NCBI RefSeq assembly: GCF_032116555.1
Contig: NZ_CP134949.1
Location: forward strand, 3,162,001-3,226,000
DNA from: Halorarum halobium
GTDB lineage: Archaea; Halobacteriota; Halobacteria; Halobacteriales; Haloferacaceae
Direction of reading: 5' to 3'
Length of the DNA: 64,000 bases
The first letter of the stretch is position 1, and every line of letters starts with the position of its first letter. The notes beneath the pieces were generated by a model. The model was not told where the DNA came from. It saw only the letters and a program-made list of their open reading frames with translations, and searched no databases. Position numbers and translations under genes: made by a program. This document shows, piece after piece, positions 48,149 through 58,407 of the stretch.

Positions 48149-49462
48149 TCACAGCAGGTCCAGCAGCGGCACCGCGAGGCCGACGACCCAGGCCGCCGCC
48201 CCGAGCAACCGAACGTGTCGGCCCGTCGTCCCGCCGCGGGCGGTGCCGGCGGCGATCAGCCCGAGCGCGGCGAGCAACCAGCCCCGGTGGAACACCAGCC
48301 TGACGGGGATGACGGCGACGCCCATCGTGGCGAAGCTCAGGACGAACGCGATGCCGGTCCCGACGCCGACGAGGGTGAACGCCGTCGCGGGGTCACAGCC
48401 GCGGGTGAACCGGCGGCGGGAGGCGACGAGCGGCATCCCGAGGGCCAGCACCGGGTAGAGTGCGGCCGCGATGAGTTTCGGGTGGAGCCACGGGACCGTC
48501 GTCTCCAGCGCGATGCCGCCCGTTCGAACCCCGAGCACCAGTCCCGCGAGCAGCCCCGCCAGCAGGATGCCGCCGCGCCGGTCGGCCGCTCCGCGGGCGA
48601 GTCGTCGTCCCGTGAGCGTCACCGACAGCCGGCGGTCGGACGAGACGATGCCGAGCAGTCCGGCCGCGGCGGTCGAGGCGAGCGCGCCGGCCAGTCCGCG
48701 GGAGCCGAGCAGGGCCGCGGCGAGGTGGACGACCGAGAGCCAGCCGTCGCTCCGGCCGCCCCGGATGCCGTAGTACTCCCGGTCGACGTCCTCGACGTAC
48801 GGCTCCCCGATGAAGTCGGCCTCCACCCGCCGCGCCGGTTCGTGCGTCCGGGGCACGGTGTGGCGGAGCCGGAACCAGTCCCAGTAGTCCGCGTGGACCT
48901 GCAGCGCCGTCCAGTCGTCCTCGGGCGACGCGTACGCCCGGACGTGGTATCTGGAGCCCAGATACGGGCCGTCCCTGAGCTGGTAGCTCTCCCGGACCCA
49001 CCGTCCGCCGGGGTCGTCGGGCGAGGAGTCGACGTAGGAGTACCTGACCGCGCCGTGGGCGTCCGTCCACTCCAGCCCGTCGTCCGTCACCGCGACCGAG
49101 CGGCTCGCGTTCCCGGCCCCGGCGTCGTCGGCGCTCGTGCCGACAGCGTCGCTCGTCCCGTTCCCGGTCCGCATCGGTTCGAACGAAAGGCTTCCGCGGT
49201 GCTCCAGCACGTCCCGGACGACGTCCGTGTCGCCGTGGACGACGAGGTTGATGGCGAGCGTCCGCCCCGTGACTGACTGCCGCCGGCTGGTGTAGGGCCA
49301 GAGGGAACTGTCGTCGCCGGCCGGATGGATGAGTCGGTCCGCCCCGACCCGCTCGGGTCCGGCAGGGTCACTCGCCGCCGGCCCGAACGCGACCGAGAGC
49401 CCCGCCAGTACGACCGGGAGCAACAGCAGCGTGACCGCGACCGTCCGCCGCCGCGAGACCAT
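48149..49462 (-). CDS. exported-domain membrane protein, paralog A
   Basis: signal-like N-terminus, soluble domain, about 6 C-terminal TM helices. Confidence 0.8.
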   Translation of the reverse strand: MVSRRRTVAVTLLLLPVVLAGLSVAFGPAASDPAGPERVGADRLIHPAGDDSSLWPYTSRRQSVTGRTLAINLVVHGDTDVVRDVLEHRGSLSFEPMRTGNGTSDAVGTSADDAGAGNASRSVAVTDDGLEWTDAHGAVRYSYVDSSPDDPGGRWVRESYQLRDGPYLGSRYHVRAYASPEDDWTALQVHADYWDWFRLRHTVPRTHEPARRVEADFIGEPYVEDVDREYYGIRGGRSDGWLSVVHLAAALLGSRGLAGALASTAAAGLLGIVSSDRRLSVTLTGRRLARGAADRRGGILLAGLLAGLVLGVRTGGIALETTVPWLHPKLIAAALYPVLALGMPLVASRRRFTRGCDPATAFTLVGVGTGIAFVLSFATMGVAVIPVRLVFHRGWLLAALGLIAAGTARGGTTGRHVRLLGAAAWVVGLAVPLLDLL

Positions 49463-49759
49463 TCGAGCGACTTACTCGGTACCTAGTAAATAAATCGTTC
49501 CACTGGCGAAACGGCCGGGTAGGTGAAACTTACGGGCTGACGAGCGGTTTTCGGTCGCGGACTGTCCGGCCGCCGTCGCGTTCTCGGCCTCGAACGAGTC
49601 CAGCCACTCGCCGGGGACCGCGAGGAGCACACGGGCGCTCGACTGCTCGCGGAACCGACCCGGACGGGTCGCCTTCAGGGCCGACCAGCCGCCGGACCCG
49701 GAGCGTGGTAATCCAGTACTACCTGGCCGATCCTGCGGGAGTTCCGACAGTCGCCGCCC

Positions 49760-51355
49760 TCACAGCAGGCTGACCAGCGGCAGCACGAGGCCGACGACCC
49801 ACGCGCCGATTCCGAGCAGTCGGAGGTATCGCCCCGACGGGCCGCCCTGCGCCGTGCCCGCGGCGACGAGGCCGAGGGCGACGAGGAGCCCGCTCCGGTG
49901 GAGGACGAGACCGATCGGGACCGTGGAGACGCCGATCACGCCGAAGTCGAGGACGAAGGCGGCGCCGACCCCGACGGCGACGAAGCCGAACGCCGCGCTC
50001 GGGTCGATGTCGCTCGTGAACCCGTTCATCGAGGCGACCGTCGGCATCCCGAGCGCGAGTACGGGGTACAGCGCCGCGACGATGAGCTTCGGGTGGAGTC
50101 CCGGGAACGTCGTCTCGACGGCGATACCGCCGAGGCGGACCCCGAGGACGAGGGCGGCCAGCAGCCCCGCGAGCAGGATGCCGCCGCGCTGCCGGTACGC
50201 GTCCCGCCGGAGCCACCGATACGTCCGTTCGGCCGCCGTTCGCGTGTCGGTCGAGAACGCGCCGAGCAGGCCGAGCGCGGCCAGCGCGGCGACGCCGCGG
50301 AGCGACGAGAAGACGGGCACCGTCGGGGCGAGTTCGACTTCGGAGAGCCAGCCGTCGCTGCCGCCGCCCTCGATGCCGTAGTACTCCCGGCTCACGTCAC
50401 CGACGTACGGCTTCCCGATGAAGTTGGACTCGACGGTTCTGACCGGTCCCCGGGTGGCGGGCACGGTGTGGCGGAGCCGGAACCAGTCCCAGTAGTCCGC
50501 GTGGACCTGCAGCGCCGTCCAGTCGTCCTCGGGCGACGCGTACGCCCGGACGTGGAGGCGCGACCCGAGGTAGGGGCCGTCCCTGAGCTGGTAGCTCTCC
50601 TCGACCCAGCGCCCCCTGCCGTCGCTCAGGTTCGTGTCGATGAACGTGTACCGGACCGCGCCGTGAGCGCCGGTCCACTCGAACCCGGTCGGCCTGATCT
50701 CGACGACCTGGCTCTCGTTGTTCGTCCCGTTGGCGACCGATCGATCGGCCGTGGCGGACTCGTTCGGAGTCAGCGTGGCGTTGGGCGTGAGCGTCGCGTT
50801 CGGAGTGGAAATCACGCTCAGAGTGGCAGTCGCGTTCGCAGTGGCAGTCGGGGTCGCAGTGGCCGTCGCGTTCGAGTCGGCCGGCGGCCCCGGCGTCCCT
50901 GCCGTCCCCGCCGCTCCGTCGGCTCCCGTTCCGGTTTCGTCGTCGGTGCCGTCGGCCGATTCGGTTCCGTTCACCGATGCGGTATCGGCGGCTGTCGTGC
51001 CGTTCGCGGGGCCGTCACCGCCGAGGAACGTACCGTTCCGGCTCGCGTTCTCACCCTCGTACTCCACCGGCTGGAAGTCGAGGTCCCCCCGCTTGGTCAG
51101 CGCGTGCCGGACGTTCTCCTCCGAGCCGTGGACGATGATGTTGATGGCGAGCGTCCGACCGGCGACGGACCGCCCGCTGCTGGTGTAGGGCCACAGCGCG
51201 CTCCCGTCGTCGGTCGGTCGGATGAGCCGTTCCTGGGCGACCTGATCGGCGTCGCCGGCGGCTCCGGTCCCCGACTCGAACGCGCCCGAGAGCCCCCACA
51301 TGGCGGCCGTGAGGAGCAGGAGCGTGACCGCGAGCGCGCGCCGACGAGAGACCAT
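49760..51355 (-). CDS. exported-domain membrane protein, paralog B with Thr/Asn-rich insert
   Basis: same architecture as 48149-49462; ATG 51355. Confidence 0.8.
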   Translation of the reverse strand: MVSRRRALAVTLLLLTAAMWGLSGAFESGTGAAGDADQVAQERLIRPTDDGSALWPYTSSGRSVAGRTLAINIIVHGSEENVRHALTKRGDLDFQPVEYEGENASRNGTFLGGDGPANGTTAADTASVNGTESADGTDDETGTGADGAAGTAGTPGPPADSNATATATPTATANATATLSVISTPNATLTPNATLTPNESATADRSVANGTNNESQVVEIRPTGFEWTGAHGAVRYTFIDTNLSDGRGRWVEESYQLRDGPYLGSRLHVRAYASPEDDWTALQVHADYWDWFRLRHTVPATRGPVRTVESNFIGKPYVGDVSREYYGIEGGGSDGWLSEVELAPTVPVFSSLRGVAALAALGLLGAFSTDTRTAAERTYRWLRRDAYRQRGGILLAGLLAALVLGVRLGGIAVETTFPGLHPKLIVAALYPVLALGMPTVASMNGFTSDIDPSAAFGFVAVGVGAAFVLDFGVIGVSTVPIGLVLHRSGLLVALGLVAAGTAQGGPSGRYLRLLGIGAWVVGLVLPLVSLL

Positions 51356-51420
51356 CCGTTCCGTCCAGAGACGGGCCGCTCGGGTATAAGCTGTCTGCCG
51401 GATGGCGCGCTGCCGTCGCT

Positions 51421-51849
51421 TCAGGAGCCGGTGAAGTCGATGCGGCCCCCGGAGTCGCCGTCCCGCTCGACGCCGCTCCCGCCGATGTGCTCGAAGCGGT
51501 ACGCCTCGTCGGTCAGCACCACCGAGCCGTCCTCGACGCCGACCTCGACCGTCTCCAGCATCGCCCCCTCGCAAGGGCCGAAATCACAGATGCCGGTGTC
51601 AAGCTGGAACGTCGCGCCGTGTTTCTGACAGACGACTTCCCCGTTTCTGACCAGTCCGCCGTCGCCCGAGTCGAGGCGGACGTCGGTCCAGTGCTGGCAG
51701 ACGTTCCGGAACGCGACCACCGTGCCGTCCGAGAGCCGCGTGAGGAACGCCTCCTCGAGGGCTCCGTCCGCGTCGCTGACGGTGAACAGCAGCGTCGTGT
51801 CCCCGGGCACGTCTTCGAGGGCGGCGATGCGGGCGGGTTCGTCGCTCAC
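51421..51849 (-). CDS. Rieske [2Fe-2S] ferredoxin
   Basis: CQH...CQKHGATF. Confidence 0.9.
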   Translation of the reverse strand: MSDEPARIAALEDVPGDTTLLFTVSDADGALEEAFLTRLSDGTVVAFRNVCQHWTDVRLDSGDGGLVRNGEVVCQKHGATFQLDTGICDFGPCEGAMLETVEVGVEDGSVVLTDEAYRFEHIGGSGVERDGDSGGRIDFTGS

Positions 51850-51944
51850 TGCTTCGTCTCAGACGGCGGGGGGTCGTGGTTCGTTCGGTTTCGATTCGTC
51901 CGTTGGACCGGATGCTCTGTTCTTCCAGCGGCTGACGGGTACGG

Positions 51945-52070
51945 GACCGCGAAAGCCCCCGCGTCGCTGCGGTCGCGCGGCCGGCTGCGCTCCTCGGCTC
52001 GCTGCGCTCGCCTGCGGTGCTTGACCGCCCGTGCTTCCCGCAGCGACGCGGCCCCTTTCAGTCCCACCCC
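51945..52070 (+). repeat. intergenic modular hairpin repeat, filled copy
   Basis: GAAAGCCCCC...GGCCCCTTTCAGTCCCACCC; stem 51960-51972/52038-52050. Confidence 0.9.
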
Positions 52071-52186
52071 GTTGACCGGTCGGGCGAGCGCGTTCGCGGG
52101 CGTTCGGACGCGTACCGGGGAACGCGGCAGTCGTTGTCGGGCGAGAGGCTGGCGAGTGTCGCCGGGTGGCAGTCGAGCAGTCGTCG

Positions 52187-53155
52187 TCAGTCGTCGGTGG
52201 GGTCCATGTCGCTGTCGGGGCCGTGGGCGTCGTCGACCGCGTCGTCCGGTTCGTCGCCGTAGCACTCCCGCTCAACGCGGTCGGCGTACAGTCGTGAGAG
52301 CAGGTTCGTCACGGGACCGCCGCCGATCTCCACGCCGTCGACCGACTCGACCGGGCGAATCTCGCGGACCGAGGAGGTGAGGAACGCCTCGTCGGCCGCG
52401 CGCACGTCGTCCGGGACGTAGCTCCCCTCCTCCACCGGGAACCCCTCCTCGCGGGCGACGTCGAGGACCTCGGCGCGGGTGATGCCGGGCAGGACCGGGC
52501 CGTCGAGCGACGGGGTGCGGATGGCGTCGTCGGCGACGAAGAACAGGTTCGCCATGGCGCACTCGGCGACGGTCCCGTCGGCGTCGAGCATGAGGGCGAC
52601 GTCGGCGTCGGTGACGCGCGTCTCGACCTGCGCGAGGACGCTGTTCAGGTAGTTGTGCGTCTTCGCGTCGCTCGGGAGCGACCGGTCCGGGACGCGACGG
52701 GTCTTCACCGTCTGGACCGTCGCCGGCTCGTCCCAGCCGGGTTCGCCGCCGCGCTCGGTTCGGCCGCCCCGCGAGAGCGGCCGCACGACCACCACGACCG
52801 TCGGGTCGACCTCGGCGGCCGCGGGCGGGGTGACGCCGGGCGCCCCACCCCGGGTGACCGACAGGCGGACGTACGCCTCCCGGAGGTCGTTCGCGGCGAG
52901 CGTCTCGCGTACTCTGGCTCGAAGGTCGAGCTTCGAGAGGCCGAGTTCGTCGGCGGGCATCCCGAGCGAGTCCAGCGTGTCGAACAGCCGCTCGAGGTGT
53001 GCGTCCCAGCGGAAGACCGTGCCGCCGTAGGCCCGCATCGTCTCGAATCCGGCGTCGCCGTAGCGGAACCCGCGGTCGGACACCGGGACGGTCGCCTCCT
53101 CGGCCGGGACCACCTCGCCGTCGACGTGGTACCGGAGCGAGTCGGCCTCAGTCAT
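52187..53155 (-). CDS. pabC: aminodeoxychorismate lyase (class IV aminotransferase fold)
   Basis: DRGFRYGDAGFET, KTHNYL, LPGITR, EAFLTSS; operon with pabAB. Confidence 0.85.
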   Translation of the reverse strand: MTEADSLRYHVDGEVVPAEEATVPVSDRGFRYGDAGFETMRAYGGTVFRWDAHLERLFDTLDSLGMPADELGLSKLDLRARVRETLAANDLREAYVRLSVTRGGAPGVTPPAAAEVDPTVVVVVRPLSRGGRTERGGEPGWDEPATVQTVKTRRVPDRSLPSDAKTHNYLNSVLAQVETRVTDADVALMLDADGTVAECAMANLFFVADDAIRTPSLDGPVLPGITRAEVLDVAREEGFPVEEGSYVPDDVRAADEAFLTSSVREIRPVESVDGVEIGGGPVTNLLSRLYADRVERECYGDEPDDAVDDAHGPDSDMDPTDD

Positions 53156-53882
53156 CGTCGCCCCCGCCGGCTCCCTCGTCGTCGCTGTCCGTCGGTTTCC
53201 TGCGGTCGCTACTCGCCGGTTCCCCGCCGTCGTGCCACATCGGTTCCCCGTCCTCGCACAGGCGGATGAAACTACGCATCATCGCCTTCCCGTCCGCGGT
53301 GAGGATGCTCTCGGGGTGGAACTGCACGCCGACGTGGGGGCGCTCGCGGTGCCGGACGCCCATGACGACTCCCTCCTCGGCCTCGGTCCGCGCGCTCTCG
53401 ACCAGGGACTCCGGAAGGTCGCCGCGTTCGACACAGAGCGAGTGGTAACGCCCGACGTCGACGCGATCCGGCAGGTCGGCGAACACCCCCGTCCCGTCGT
53501 GGGTCACCGTCGAAGGCTTCCCGTGGACGACCTCCGGGGCCCGCACGACGGGCGCGCCGTTCGCGGCACACAGCGCCTGGTGGCCGAGACAGACGCCGAG
53601 CGTCGGGTAGGAGAGCTCGCGGAACACCGGGATCGAGACGCCCGCCTCCGCCGGGGTTCCGGGTCCCGGCGAGACGACGATTCCGTCGGGGTCCAGCTCG
53701 CGGATATCCGCCACGTCGACGCGGTCGTTCCGGCGGACGACGACCGCTCCGGCGTCCTCGACGATTCTGCCGTCCCCGGACTCGCCACACCCCGACCCGC
53801 CGCCAGCGACGAGTTCGCCCACGTACTGCACGAGGTTGTACGCGAACGAGTCGTAGTTGTCGACGACGAGGACCCGGGTCAC
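53148..53882 (-). CDS. pabA: ADC/anthranilate synthase component II (GATase)
   Basis: [26 protein letters not shown]. Confidence 0.9.
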   Translation of the reverse strand: MTRVLVVDNYDSFAYNLVQYVGELVAGGGSGCGESGDGRIVEDAGAVVVRRNDRVDVADIRELDPDGIVVSPGPGTPAEAGVSIPVFRELSYPTLGVCLGHQALCAANGAPVVRAPEVVHGKPSTVTHDGTGVFADLPDRVDVGRYHSLCVERGDLPESLVESARTEAEEGVVMGVRHRERPHVGVQFHPESILTADGKAMMRSFIRLCEDGEPMWHDGGEPASSDRRKPTDSDDEGAGGGDDD

Positions 53883-55429
53883 CGCTCCACCTCCATCTCG
53901 CCCGCTTCCAGCGCCTCGTCAACGGCGGTGACCAGCGCGCGGGCCTTGTCGAGCGTCTCCTCGTACTCGGCCTCGGGCTTCGAATCGTGGACGATGCCGG
54001 CACCGACCCGGAGGTGGTAGCGGTCGCCGGTCCGCACGAGCGTCCGAATGACGATGTTGCACGTCGCGCGGCCGTCGAAGCCGAACGCGGCCATGGACCC
54101 GGTGTAGGGGCCCCGTCGGGTCCCTTCCAGTTCGTCGATGATCTCCATCGTCCGCGGCTTCGGCGCGCCGGTGATTGTGCCGCCGGGGAACACGGCGGCG
54201 AGGGTGTCAGCGAGCGTGCAGTCGGGTCGCTCGCGCCCCTCGACGAGCGAGACGAGGTGCATCACCTCGGAGTAGCGGTCGACGCGACGATACTCGGCGA
54301 CGTCGACGCTGCCGTAGACGCTCACCTTCCCGAGGTCGTTGCGCTCGAGGTCGACGAGCATCGCGTGCTCGGCGCGCTCCTTCTCGTCGCTCGTGAGTTC
54401 GGCCTCCAGCGCGGCGTCCGCCTCGGCGTCCCCGCCGCGGGGGCGCGTGCCGGCGATCGGTTCGGTTTCGAGTCGCGCGCCGTCGCCGTCCGCGTCGGGG
54501 ATCCGGTCGAGCAGCAGTTCGGGGCTGGCGCTCACAAGATCCACTGCGGGGAACTCCACCAGCCCGGAGTACGGCGCGGGGTTCACCTCGCGTAGCGCGG
54601 CGTAGGCCGCGACGGGGTGGACCGCCGCGGGCGCGGAGAGCCGCTGGCTCACGTTCGCCTGGAACGTGTCGCCGGCCCGGACGTGCTCCTTCACGCGCCG
54701 AACCCGCGCCGCGTACTCGGCCCGGTCGCAGTCGCTCTCGAACGTGACCGCCCCCGTCCCGTCGGCGACGGGGGCGGGCCCGACCGCCGGGTCGCCGTCG
54801 CGGACGCGGTCGGCGAGGTCCGCCGCCGTCCCGAGCGCCCGGTCGTAGACGGCGTCCGGGTCGGCGGCGGCCGGAACCCGCGGACAGGCCGTGATCCGGA
54901 GCGTCGGTTCGTCGTCCCTCGGTTCCGCCCACGACGCGAGCGTGTCGAAAACGGCGACCTGGAGGTGCGGAAGCCCCCGGTCGTCGACCGCCCCGTCGAC
55001 GCCCCCGTCCCGGTCGCCCGGCAGGTCCTCGAGTTCGCGGGCGACGTCGTAGGAGAGCCAGCCGAGCGCGCCGCAGGGGTAGGGCACGTCGCAGTCGCCC
55101 CGGACGAGCGCCTCGCCGTCGAGCAGCCCCTGGAGGGCGGCGAGCGACGGCGACGGGGTCGCGTAGTCGCCGTGACCCGGATGGTCCGGATTCCGGGTGA
55201 CCGCGTCGGGACCGACCGTGAGCCGATCGACCGGGTCGACGCCGAAGGTTCCCCATCCCGACTGGCCGCCCGTCGTCTCGAGGAACACGCCGCCGGGGCC
55301 GTCCCTCGCGCGTCGGTAGGCGTCGAAGGGGTCACCCGCCCGGAGGTGAACCTCGACGGGCACGCGAGCGTCCGGCGGGGCGTCGGCCGCGAGCCGGCGG
55401 TACGTCCCGCGGTCGGTGACCGTCTGCAT
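53879..55429 (-). CDS. pabB: aminodeoxychorismate synthase component I
   Basis: [41 protein letters not shown]. Confidence 0.88.
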   Translation of the reverse strand: MQTVTDRGTYRRLAADAPPDARVPVEVHLRAGDPFDAYRRARDGPGGVFLETTGGQSGWGTFGVDPVDRLTVGPDAVTRNPDHPGHGDYATPSPSLAALQGLLDGEALVRGDCDVPYPCGALGWLSYDVARELEDLPGDRDGGVDGAVDDRGLPHLQVAVFDTLASWAEPRDDEPTLRITACPRVPAAADPDAVYDRALGTAADLADRVRDGDPAVGPAPVADGTGAVTFESDCDRAEYAARVRRVKEHVRAGDTFQANVSQRLSAPAAVHPVAAYAALREVNPAPYSGLVEFPAVDLVSASPELLLDRIPDADGDGARLETEPIAGTRPRGGDAEADAALEAELTSDEKERAEHAMLVDLERNDLGKVSVYGSVDVAEYRRVDRYSEVMHLVSLVEGRERPDCTLADTLAAVFPGGTITGAPKPRTMEIIDELEGTRRGPYTGSMAAFGFDGRATCNIVIRTLVRTGDRYHLRVGAGIVHDSKPEAEYEETLDKARALVTAVDEALEAGEMEVER

Positions 55430-55503
55430 ACTCGTGGCGACGCGGTCGGGGAGGAAAGTGGTTCGCTTCGGATTCGTCCGGGCTCGGCCCCGGAGCGGAC
55501 CGG

Positions 55504-56127
55504 TTACGCGTCGTACTCGGCCGCGCGGTCGATCCACCGCTGGACGCGGGACTCCGAGACCGTCGTGCCTTCGGCGACCTCGGCGGCGTCGGCGGTCGCC
55601 AGGTCGGCGACCGACTCGATGCCGATCTCGGCGAGGCGCTCGGCGTACGCCGGGCCGATTCCCTTGACCTTGTCGACGGGGACGTCCTCGCCGGCCGTCG
55701 CCGCCTCCGCGTCGGTCTCACCGTCGGCTTCCGTCGCCGCGTCGTCCTCATCCGCCTCCTCGACGTCGGTCGTCACGTCCTCGGATTCCGGCCCGGCCGC
55801 CTCCGCGGGCTCCGCCTTCGTGGCGGCGTCCTCGCTCGCCTCCTCCTCGTCGACGATGGATTCCGTGGAGCCGCTCGCGTCCGTCCCGGCCGCCACCGGC
55901 TCGTCGGCCGACCCCTCCTCGGGTTCGGCCTCGTCCGCGGGCTCGTCGGTCACGTCCGCATCCCCCTCTTCGGCCGTCTCGGTGCCCTTGACGGCGTCCT
56001 CCGACGCGGCGTCCGGCCCGGCATCGGCCTCCCGTTCCCGTTCGACGGTCACGGACGCCTCCGCCGTGGACCCGTCGTCCTCGGAGGGCTGCCCGATGCC
56101 AAGCAGGCGTTTGATTTTCCCCAGCAT
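55504..56127 (-). CDS. acidic protein with C-terminal helix-hairpin-helix domain
   Basis: amphipathic [11 protein letters not shown]-terminus; [12 protein letters not shown]hH. Confidence 0.85.
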   Translation of the reverse strand: MLGKIKRLLGIGQPSEDDGSTAEASVTVEREREADAGPDAASEDAVKGTETAEEGDADVTDEPADEAEPEEGSADEPVAAGTDASGSTESIVDEEEASEDAATKAEPAEAAGPESEDVTTDVEEADEDDAATEADGETDAEAATAGEDVPVDKVKGIGPAYAERLAEIGIESVADLATADAAEVAEGTTVSESRVQRWIDRAAEYDA

Positions 56128-56182
56128 GGTCGTATCGTCGGGTGAGACGACGCCACTATTTAAAAATCCAGCGCCGTCGACC

Positions 56183-57025
56183 TCACAGTTCCCGGCGCAG
56201 GGCGGCGTTCATGGCGTCGACCGGGGCGTCCTCGCCGGTCCACCGTTCGAACGCCTCGACGCCCTGGTACAGCAGCATCCAGGCCCCGTCGACCGTCGTC
56301 GCGCCGGCCGCTCGCGCGTCCCGGAGGAGCCGCGTGTCGAGCGGCGCGTACACCGCGTCCAGCACCGCGAGGTCCGCGTGCAGGTGTGCGGCGGGCACCG
56401 GCGTCTCGTCCGACTCCATGCCGACGCTCGTCGCGTTCACGAGCAGGTCGGCTGCCGGGACGCGGTCGACGAGGGTGTCGAGGCCGCCGGCCGTCACGCC
56501 GGTCCCGGCGCCGGATTCCCCCGCCGACTCGCGCTCGGCTCCCGCCTCACGAACGTCGGCCGCGAGCGCCTCCGCCCGGCGCTCGGTCCGGTTGGCGACG
56601 TGGAGCGAGTCGGCCGACCCGGCGAGCGCGAACGCCGCCGCCCGCGCCGCACCGCCCGCGCCGACGACGACCGCCGCGGTTCCCGCGGGGTCGACGCCGT
56701 GGTGTGAGAGCGCGCGGGCGACCCCGGCGACGTCCGTGTTGTGACCCGACGGCGGGTCGGTCGAGAAGTCGACGGTGTTGACCGCGCCGACCCGGGCGGC
56801 GAGCTCGTCCGGCTCCACCGCCGCGAGCGCGTCCCGCTTGAACGGCACCGTGACGTTCAGCCCCGCGACGCCGAGGGCCGCGGCACCCCGAATCGCCGCC
56901 GCCGCGTCGGCCGGTTCGAAGGTGACGTAGCGGGCGTCCAGCCCGAGCGCCTCGAACCCGGCCTCGTGCATCGGCGGCGAGAGCGAGTGCTCGACCGGGT
57001 TCCCGACGAGTCCGTAGACGTCCAT
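56183..57025 (-). CDS. aroE: shikimate dehydrogenase
   Basis: [35 protein letters not shown]. Confidence 0.95.
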   Translation of the reverse strand: MDVYGLVGNPVEHSLSPPMHEAGFEALGLDARYVTFEPADAAAAIRGAAALGVAGLNVTVPFKRDALAAVEPDELAARVGAVNTVDFSTDPPSGHNTDVAGVARALSHHGVDPAGTAAVVVGAGGAARAAAFALAGSADSLHVANRTERRAEALAADVREAGAERESAGESGAGTGVTAGGLDTLVDRVPAADLLVNATSVGMESDETPVPAAHLHADLAVLDAVYAPLDTRLLRDARAAGATTVDGAWMLLYQGVEAFERWTGEDAPVDAMNAALRREL

Positions 57026-57164
57026 ACCCCGCACTGGCCGCCGGTTCGCATAAACCTCGGCCATCTCCCGTCCGGCCAGCGCCGCCGCGTCGTCCCCTCC
57101 GCCACGTATTCGGTCTGATAATCGGGCGCGACGGTTTTTGTAGCTCTCCGGATTCGTCCGGCGC

Positions 57165-58298
57165 ATGTACGAGGTGCTGGGCGCGGCCGCGCCACTGGAA
57201 CTCAACACGGGCTGGAACTGGCTCGTCGCGGCGGCGTTCCGGGAGTCGACGCTGATGGCCGCCATCGGCGTCGTCCTGCTGTACGTCGGGGCCGAGTCGC
57301 TGGTCAGGGGCGTCTCGAAGCTCTCGGTCCAGCTTGGAATGCGGGCGGCCGTGGCGGGGGTGACGGTCGTCGCGTTCGCCACGACCGCGCCGGAGCTGAT
57401 GATCGGGATACTGAGCGGGCTGGACTACGGCGCGACGCTGGGGCTGGGCGCGATCGTCGGCTCGAACGTGGCGAACATCGGGCTCGTGCTCGGGCTCTCC
57501 GCGCTCGTCCGGCCGATGGACATCACGAGCGAGACGCTCCGCCGACACGTGCCGTTCATGGCGGTCGCGGCGGTGCTGCTGGTCGCGCTCGGCCTCGACG
57601 GGACGCTCGGCCGACCGGACGGGATCGCGTTCCTCGTCGTCCTCGCCGTGTTCACCTACACGCTGTTGAGCGCGACCGACGGCGAGGGCGGCGTCGACGC
57701 CGAGGCGGTCGCCGCCGACGGCGGTTCCGTGGCGGAGCCCGACCCCGCGACCGACGGCGGCACGGTCGGTGAGGACGTCGGCGGGGACGGATCCGCGGAC
57801 GGCGGGGTCCTGGCCGGCGGACGGCTGGGGTCGGACGTGTCGGTCCTCGGGAGGCGGTTCCGGCCGATCGACGTGCTGTTCGTGCTCGTCGGGCTGGCGC
57901 TGCTGCTGGCCGGAGCCCAGCGGCTCATCGAGGGCGGGCGCTCGACGCTGTACTTCCTCGGCGCCGGCGACCGCTTCGTCGGGTTGACCGTGCTGGCGTT
58001 CGGCACGTCGCTCCCGGAACTGGCCGCCTCGCTCGTCTCGGCGTTCCGGGGCGAGGCGGAGTTCAGCGTCGGCAACGTCGTCGGCTCGAACATCTACAAC
58101 GTGCTCGCCGTGCTGGGGCTGCTCGCGGTGCTGACCCCCGTCACGGTGCCGGCCTCGACCGGCTCGTTCGACTTCCCGATGCTGCTCGCGTTCACGGGCG
58201 GCGTCATCGCGCTCATGTTCCGGGGCGCGCGGATCACCCGGGTCGACGGCGCGCTGCTCGTGGCCGGCTACGGCTGTTTCTTCTTCTTCCTCCTGTAG
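57165..58298 (+). CDS. Ca2+/Na+ antiporter (CaCA, YrbG-like)
   Basis: ATTAPE...GSNVANI and GTSLPEL...GSNIYN alpha repeats. Confidence 0.92.
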   Translation: MYEVLGAAAPLELNTGWNWLVAAAFRESTLMAAIGVVLLYVGAESLVRGVSKLSVQLGMRAAVAGVTVVAFATTAPELMIGILSGLDYGATLGLGAIVGSNVANIGLVLGLSALVRPMDITSETLRRHVPFMAVAAVLLVALGLDGTLGRPDGIAFLVVLAVFTYTLLSATDGEGGVDAEAVAADGGSVAEPDPATDGGTVGEDVGGDGSADGGVLAGGRLGSDVSVLGRRFRPIDVLFVLVGLALLLAGAQRLIEGGRSTLYFLGAGDRFVGLTVLAFGTSLPELAASLVSAFRGEAEFSVGNVVGSNIYNVLAVLGLLAVLTPVTVPASTGSFDFPMLLAFTGGVIALMFRGARITRVDGALLVAGYGCFFFFLL

Positions 58299-58407
58299 AC
58301 GGTCCCCGTTTTCCTGGCGTTTCAGGGTTTTCCGGGAGAGTATGCCGGTTTCGACCCCCCGGTCGAAAGCACAAGAGTAAGGCCGGCGCATCTGCTCTGG
58401 CCGGGTA

